Shown here: positions 6,573 through 10,774 of the stretch, one piece after another
Numbering within the stretch: the stretch's first letter is position 1
Layout of the letters: every line of letters begins with the position of its first letter
NCBI GenBank assembly: GCA_038320275.1
Contig: JBBQEB010000130.1
Span: 1 to 10,774 of the forward strand
Origin: Myxococcales bacterium
GTDB lineage: Bacteria > Myxococcota > Myxococcia > Myxococcales > Anaeromyxobacteraceae
DNA: 10,774 nucleotides
Direction: 5' to 3'
Position numbers and translations under genes: made by a program
Notes under the pieces: model-generated
What the model was told of the DNA's origin: nothing
What the model saw: only the letters and a program-made list of their open reading frames with translations
The model's database searches: none

Positions 6573-6721
6573 TGGTGCGTCGTCTTGAAAGCCTTCAGCG
6601 AGACCCGGCGTCGCCCCCCGGGAGTTTGTCCTGGCGCGCCGGCGTCCGACCTTCCCCGCAAACACCCGAGCGTCACTCCAGCTGAGCAGCGCTGGTCAGC
6701 GCTCCCCCCCGGCGCGGGGCT

Positions 6722-8446
6722 TCACGGCCGTTGCGGTGAGAGGTCTCGCCGCACGCGGGGCGGCTCGGGCCTTCCCCCACGCCCGCGACCGCGCGCGAGG
6801 GCCTCACCCTCGGCGACCAGGTAATCGGCGGTACGGGCTGCCAGTGACATGATGGTGAGGCCGGGGTTGGCGGAGCCCTGCGTGGGGAGGATGCTCCCAT
6901 CGCACACGAAGAGGTTGCCGACGTCGTGCGCGCGGCCGAAGCCATCCACCACGGACGTTCGTGGATCGCTTCCCATCCGCGCTCCACCGACCAGGTGCGC
7001 GTAGCGGGCCTCCTGCACCACCTCCTCGGCCCCTGCCGCAGACATGACCTCCATCACCTTGCGCTTCGCGAAATCGATGAGCCGCAGGTCGTTCTCGTGC
7101 AGGTTGAAGGTGACCTTCGCGACCCGCAGCCCGCGCCGATCCCGCTCGTCGGCGAGCGTCACCGCGTTGTCCTCCCAGGGCAGGATCTCGCCCAGCACGG
7201 CCAGCGAGGCCCAGTGGTCGTAATCCATCATCACCCGGCGCATCCCCCATCCCCAGGCGCCCTTGGCGACAGCCATCTGCTTCGCGAAGGCGATGGGGAG
7301 CGGGCCCACGGTCTGGATGGCGAAGCCGCGCGCGAACCCGCGCCGGGGGTCGGTCTCGTAGAAATGTTCGGACATCGCATGGGCCGGGGGCGCCTTGTAC
7401 ATGCGGACGAGCTCCGCGAACCGGCCCAGCACCACGTTGCCCGCCTGCGCCATGAGGTAGCGGCCCAGCGTTCCGCTCCCGTTGGCGAGCCCCGCCTCGA
7501 ACCCCGGGGCTGCCGAGGCCAGGAGGAGCCGGGGGGTCTCGATGGCGTAGCCGCTCACCACGACGATCCGGGCTCGCTGCTCGCGCTCCACGCCCTCCGG
7601 GTCGAGGTAGGTGACGCCCGTCGCGAGCCCATCCCTGCCCAGGTTCACCCGCGAGACCATGCACCCGGCCCGGATCTCGGCCCCGTTCGCCAGCGCGTCG
7701 GGAACGTGCGTGACGAGCGTGCTCGCCTTCGCGCCCACCTTGCACCCCTGGATGCAGAAGCCGCGGTAGATGCAGTGCGGGCGGTCGCCGCGCGCTCCGG
7801 GCAGGATCGCCACGGGCCCGCCGATGCTCACGCCCACGCCGAGGCGGGTGCAGCCGCGCACCAGCACGTCGCCCACGCCGCCCAGCGGGTGAGGTCCATA
7901 GGCGTAGCCATGGGGATCGCCCCAGGGAAACCACGGCGGGCCCGCCACCGGGAGCTCCCGCTCCAGCAGCTCGTAGTAGGGCTTCAGGTCCTCGTAAGCG
8001 ATGGGCCAGTCCACTCCCACGCCGTCGAGCGTGTGAACGCGGAAGTCGGAGGGGTGGAAGCGCGGGGTGAAGGCCGCCCAGTGCACCGTCCCGCCGCCGA
8101 CGCCGTGTCCGCTGTTGTTCGCGCCCAGCGCGAGCGGGTGGGTGCCGCCCGTCACGCGCGGCTCGGTCCAGTAGAGCCGGTGCGAGCCGGCCTCGTCGCT
8201 CACCCAGTCGCGCTCCGTGTCCCAGAGCGGCCCAGCCTCGATGCCGACGACGCTCCAGCCTGCGCGCGCGAGCCGCTGCAGGAGGACGCCGCCCGCCGCG
8301 CCCACGCCCACGATCACGCAGTCGACCACCTCGCCTTCGGGGTGGCGGCGCATCCGCGGGAGGCGCTGGTTGGGCCCGAGCCAGTGCTCGCCTTCGGGCG
8401 GTGGTCCGAAGGGTCCGCCCAGAGGCTCCTGCCGGCCCGCGCTCAA
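6722..8446 (-). CDS. GMC-family FAD oxidoreductase (gluconate/glucose dehydrogenase flavoprotein-like, about 574 aa)
   Basis: Rossmann motif VIVGVGAAGG, GVGGGTVHW, Cys cluster CIYRGFCIQGC, ETPRLLL, and catalytic region AHLVGGARMG ... ANPGLT. TTG 8446 overlaps the upstream stop (TTGA) and follows a G-rich SD. An alternative ATG is at 8353. Confidence 0.93.
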   Translation of the reverse strand: MSAGRQEPLGGPFGPPPEGEHWLGPNQRLPRMRRHPEGEVVDCVIVGVGAAGGVLLQRLARAGWSVVGIEAGPLWDTERDWVSDEAGSHRLYWTEPRVTGGTHPLALGANNSGHGVGGGTVHWAAFTPRFHPSDFRVHTLDGVGVDWPIAYEDLKPYYELLERELPVAGPPWFPWGDPHGYAYGPHPLGGVGDVLVRGCTRLGVGVSIGGPVAILPGARGDRPHCIYRGFCIQGCKVGAKASTLVTHVPDALANGAEIRAGCMVSRVNLGRDGLATGVTYLDPEGVEREQRARIVVVSGYAIETPRLLLASAAPGFEAGLANGSGTLGRYLMAQAGNVVLGRFAELVRMYKAPPAHAMSEHFYETDPRRGFARGFAIQTVGPLPIAFAKQMAVAKGAWGWGMRRVMMDYDHWASLAVLGEILPWEDNAVTLADERDRRGLRVAKVTFNLHENDLRLIDFAKRKVMEVMSAAGAEEVVQEARYAHLVGGARMGSDPRTSVVDGFGRAHDVGNLFVCDGSILPTQGSANPGLTIMSLAARTADYLVAEGEALARGRGRGGRPEPPRVRRDLSPQRP

Positions 8447-9204
8447 TGCGTGCCCCCCTGGCCGGAGGGCGCCCCGTGCTCGCCCGTGCCGGCGAGGAGC
8501 TCCTCCTTCCCGGAGGGGCTGCCGAGGGGCGGGTCCCAGGCATAGCGTCGCTCCGCCACCTCCCAGTCCTCCGGGGCGCCGCGCTCGAGGCGCATGTAGC
8601 CGCGGGGATACGAGGGCCCTCCGAAGCCGATCTCGTCCCAGGCCCAGGGGTGCGCGTAGTAGACCGACACCGCGTCGCTCAGCACGAGGAGGAAGAAGCG
8701 ATGCGGAGGCATGCGCGCCCACACCTCTGGCGCGGCGGGCGGCTGGCCGGCGTGGAGCGTCTCGAGGACGCGCTCCTGGGCCAGCGCGTCGAGGTCGAGA
8801 AAGGGCGCGCCCTCCTTCACCCGGGCGATCGCGTCGATCGCGCCGATGCCGAGGCGGTACGCCTCGCCGTCCGGCGGCATCTTCTCGTAGCGGTAGCCGT
8901 CTCCACGCCCGGCGAAGAGCCGCTCGTCCACCCACGGCAGGATCGGGATGCGATGCGCCGCATCGCGGTCGTCCTGCGGGATGAGCCGATCGAAGACGGC
9001 CGCCAGCAGGCGGGCCTCTCCCGGCGAGAAGAATCGGATGGGAGGCACTTCGTCCATGCGCGCCCGCACGAGCGACCGCGTCGCCTCGTCCCAGAACGCC
9101 GCTTGCGAGAGCGTGTCCAGACCAGGGAAGTACCCGGGCTGGGCGCGGGCGGGCAGCGGCTCGCCCGTCGCGGGATCCACGGGCCTGTGGCCGGCATCGC
9201 TCAT
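8443..9204 (-). CDS. Gluconate 2-dehydrogenase subunit 3 family protein (253 aa)
   Basis: Family-like motifs FFSPGEARLLAAVFDRLIP, F..LD...QERVL and YYAHPWAWDEIGFGGP. ATG 9204 overlaps the upstream stop (ATGA). Adjacent to the GMC gene. Confidence 0.85.
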   Translation of the reverse strand: MSDAGHRPVDPATGEPLPARAQPGYFPGLDTLSQAAFWDEATRSLVRARMDEVPPIRFFSPGEARLLAAVFDRLIPQDDRDAAHRIPILPWVDERLFAGRGDGYRYEKMPPDGEAYRLGIGAIDAIARVKEGAPFLDLDALAQERVLETLHAGQPPAAPEVWARMPPHRFFLLVLSDAVSVYYAHPWAWDEIGFGGPSYPRGYMRLERGAPEDWEVAERRYAWDPPLGSPSGKEELLAGTGEHGAPSGQGGTH

Positions 9205-10232
9205 CGCCGCTCCCTGCGGAGGAGGCTGGCGAGGAGTCCCAGGAATCCCGCCGCCGAGAGCAGCAGGGGCGCGAAGGGCGGCGGACCGTGGACGACGTTG
9301 TAGACGAGGTGCCGCGCGCCGCCAGGGCGTCGCAGGATCCCGCGCAGGTGGTAGGCGAAGCCCAGCGCGCCGTCGGCGGCGGCGAGGAGCGCGGCCGCGG
9401 GCAGCGCCCGGTGCGCGGCCTCGCGGCTGACCGTCGCCGCGAGCCCGGCCGCTCCCAGGGCGCCGCCCAGCACGACCGGCGTCCACTGAACCCGGAAGCG
9501 GAATGCGTTCGCGTGGTGGGAGTAGAGCGCCTCGAACGCGCTCAGGACGGCCGCAAGCGCTGCAGCTCCGGCCATCTGGCGCTGGAAGCGGCCCTCCCGG
9601 AGCTCGTGGCGCAGCGAGACGCCGCCACGGGCGGCGCGGACCGGCAGGTGGTCGCGCCAGACCGCGCGCGGCCGGGCCCAGCGCGGCAGGAGCCGGCTCC
9701 CCGGATCGTCCTCGCGCCGGAGGAAGCTCGCCACCAGCCCCAGGTAGCCGCTCACGCCGAAGAGCACGGGCGCGAAGAGCGGCGGGCCCATGACGACGTT
9801 CACCACCGGGATGCGCCAGCCGCCCGGCTTGCGCGCGACGCCGCGGGCGTGCAGCGCGAAGCCCACCAGACCGTCGGCGAGCGTGAGCGCCGAAGCGGCG
9901 GGGAGCATCGCCCGCCCGGCGCGCGAGCCCAGCGCCACCGCGAGCCCGGAGAGGACGAGCGGCGGCGTCAGCGCGAGCGGCGTGTACATGAAGGGATTGC
10001 CGAAGCCGGCCCGCTGGTGCTGATAGCCGACCTCGATGCCGCTCAGGACGGCGGAGGCGGCGGCGATGGCGGCGAGGCTCCGCTGGAAGCGGCCCTCCCG
10101 GATGTGCTGCGCGAACACGAGCCCCTCGCGCGTGAGCGCCCGGGGGAAGAGCTCGTGCAGAGGTGGCCGGCGGCGGTGCCGCCCCGCTTCGCCGAGCGAG
10201 GTCATGGCGCGGCGGATGAGGCTCATCGTCAC
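9201..10232 (-). CDS. Internally duplicated polytopic membrane protein (about 343 aa) of unknown function
   Basis: Multiple hydrophobic segments and two homologous halves (REGRFQR...H...TP...GF..H.RG..R.PGG...N...GPP.FAP). GTG 10232 overlaps the upstream stop and has SD GAGGTG 5 nt upstream. An alternative ATG is at 10226. Confidence 0.85.
   Translation of the reverse strand: MTMSLIRRAMTSLGEAGRHRRRPPLHELFPRALTREGLVFAQHIREGRFQRSLAAIAAASAVLSGIEVGYQHQRAGFGNPFMYTPLALTPPLVLSGLAVALGSRAGRAMLPAASALTLADGLVGFALHARGVARKPGGWRIPVVNVVMGPPLFAPVLFGVSGYLGLVASFLRREDDPGSRLLPRWARPRAVWRDHLPVRAARGGVSLRHELREGRFQRQMAGAAALAAVLSAFEALYSHHANAFRFRVQWTPVVLGGALGAAGLAATVSREAAHRALPAAALLAAADGALGFAYHLRGILRRPGGARHLVYNVVHGPPPFAPLLLSAAGFLGLLASLLRRERR
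9580..10102. repeat. 22-bp exact direct repeat marking the intragenic duplication
   Basis: CGCTGGAAGCGGCCCTCCCGGA at 9580-9601 and 10081-10102, offset by 501 nt (167 codons). It encodes REGRFQR in both halves. Confidence 0.9.
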
Positions 10233-10774
10233 ACGCGCACCTCGTGGCGCTCGAGCTCGCTCCAGCGCACCTCCACGCCGAGCCCCGGGCGCGACCTGTC
10301 GGGCCGGAGGAGGCCGCCTTCCGGCTGCAGCGCGCCGTCGAAGAGCATCCGCTCGATGCGCGCGTGGTCGTGGAACCACTCCACGTGCCGCGCGCGCGAT
10401 GCGGCACAGCAGAGGTGCGCGTGGAGCTGCGGGCCGCAGTGCGCCGAGAGCGGGAGGGTGAAGGCATCGCAGAGCGCCGCCGCGCGCAGGAAGCCGGTGG
10501 GCCCGCCGCAACGCGTGGCGTCGGCCTGCAGGACGTCCACCGCGCCGGCGGCGAGCATGGAGCGGAAGTACCAGGGGTTGTAGCCGTACTCGCCGGCGGC
10601 GACGTCCATGCATGGCGGCGCCCGATCGCGCAGCAACCGCAAGCCCTCGAGGTCGTCCGACGAGACCGGCTCCTCGAACCACGCGACACCGCTCCCCGCG
10701 AAGGCCTGCGCCAGCCGGAGCGCCTGCTTGCGGCCGTACGCTCCGTTGGCGTCGACGAAGAGCTCCACGGCCTC
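10229..10774 (-). CDS. Mandelate racemase/muconate lactonizing enzyme (enolase superfamily) protein, C-terminal barrel (5'-truncated by the window edge)
   Basis: Metal ligands LFVDAN, WFEEP and AAGEYG, then LSAHC and RPGLGVE. The frame is open to base 10774. Confidence 0.92.
   Translation of the reverse strand, partial: EAVELFVDANGAYGRKQALRLAQAFAGSGVAWFEEPVSSDDLEGLRLLRDRAPPCMDVAAGEYGYNPWYFRSMLAAGAVDVLQADATRCGGPTGFLRAAALCDAFTLPLSAHCGPQLHAHLCCAASRARHVEWFHDHARIERMLFDGALQPEGGLLRPDRSRPGLGVEVRWSELERHEVRV

Larger units (their letters stand above)
4831..6581 (+). mobile_element. Putative HNH mobile unit bounded by an imperfect 12-bp direct repeat
   Basis: TGATCGTGCGTC (4831-4842) and TGATGGTGCGTC (6570-6581) are 11/12 identical and enclose the repeats, the promoter and the HNH gene. 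No transposase or terminal inverted repeats are seen. Confidence 0.35.

Noticed and set aside
6688..6721. Rho-independent terminator between the convergent genes
   Set aside because: Hairpins are present but there is no U-tract on either strand, so it is not called as a terminator.
10160..10232. RR pairs at the membrane protein N-terminus as a Tat signal
   Set aside because: LIRRAM and HRRRPP lack the RRxFLK consensus and are not followed by a hydrophobic h-region.
88..10689. Other long overlapping ORFs (88..1146, most of 114..2030, 1894..4461, 3329..5008, 4742..6436, 4896..6665, 6804..8543, 6926..8545, 9288..10583 and similar), and upstream extensions of the minus-strand genes
   Set aside because: These are alternative-frame or antisense shadows expected at very high GC. 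They are R/G/A/P-rich or codon-mirrored and have no motifs.

Overview
Very GC-rich bacterial DNA. The gene styles suggest Anaeromyxobacter-like Myxococcota, but that is inference. There are three blocks. (1) 1-4735 (+): the 3' half of a restriction-like anti-phage operon, with a DUF1156-type DPPY methyltransferase (5'-truncated) and a PLD-nuclease/SNF2-helicase fusion, matching the Gao et al. 2020 DUF499-DUF3780-DUF1156-PLD/SNF2 architecture. A ParE-family toxin-antitoxin pair with its own promoter sits antisense between these two genes. The slot is bounded by a 9-bp direct repeat (CTCGCGTGA); removing it restores a GTGA stop/start overlap, and the + frame stays open across the whole slot. (2) 4831-6581 (+): an HNH endonuclease gene with two repeated DUF222-like modules. 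It is preceded by three 11-bp tandem repeats and a DNA-damage-type promoter motif, and is bracketed by an 11/12 direct repeat, so it may be a transposase-free mobile unit. (3) 6722-10774 (-): a translationally coupled metabolic operon of an enolase-superfamily enzyme (truncated), an internally duplicated His-containing membrane protein, a gluconate-2-dehydrogenase subunit-3-like protein and a GMC flavoprotein with a [3Fe-4S]-type Cys motif. Family assignments come from motif recognition by eye, not from database searches.
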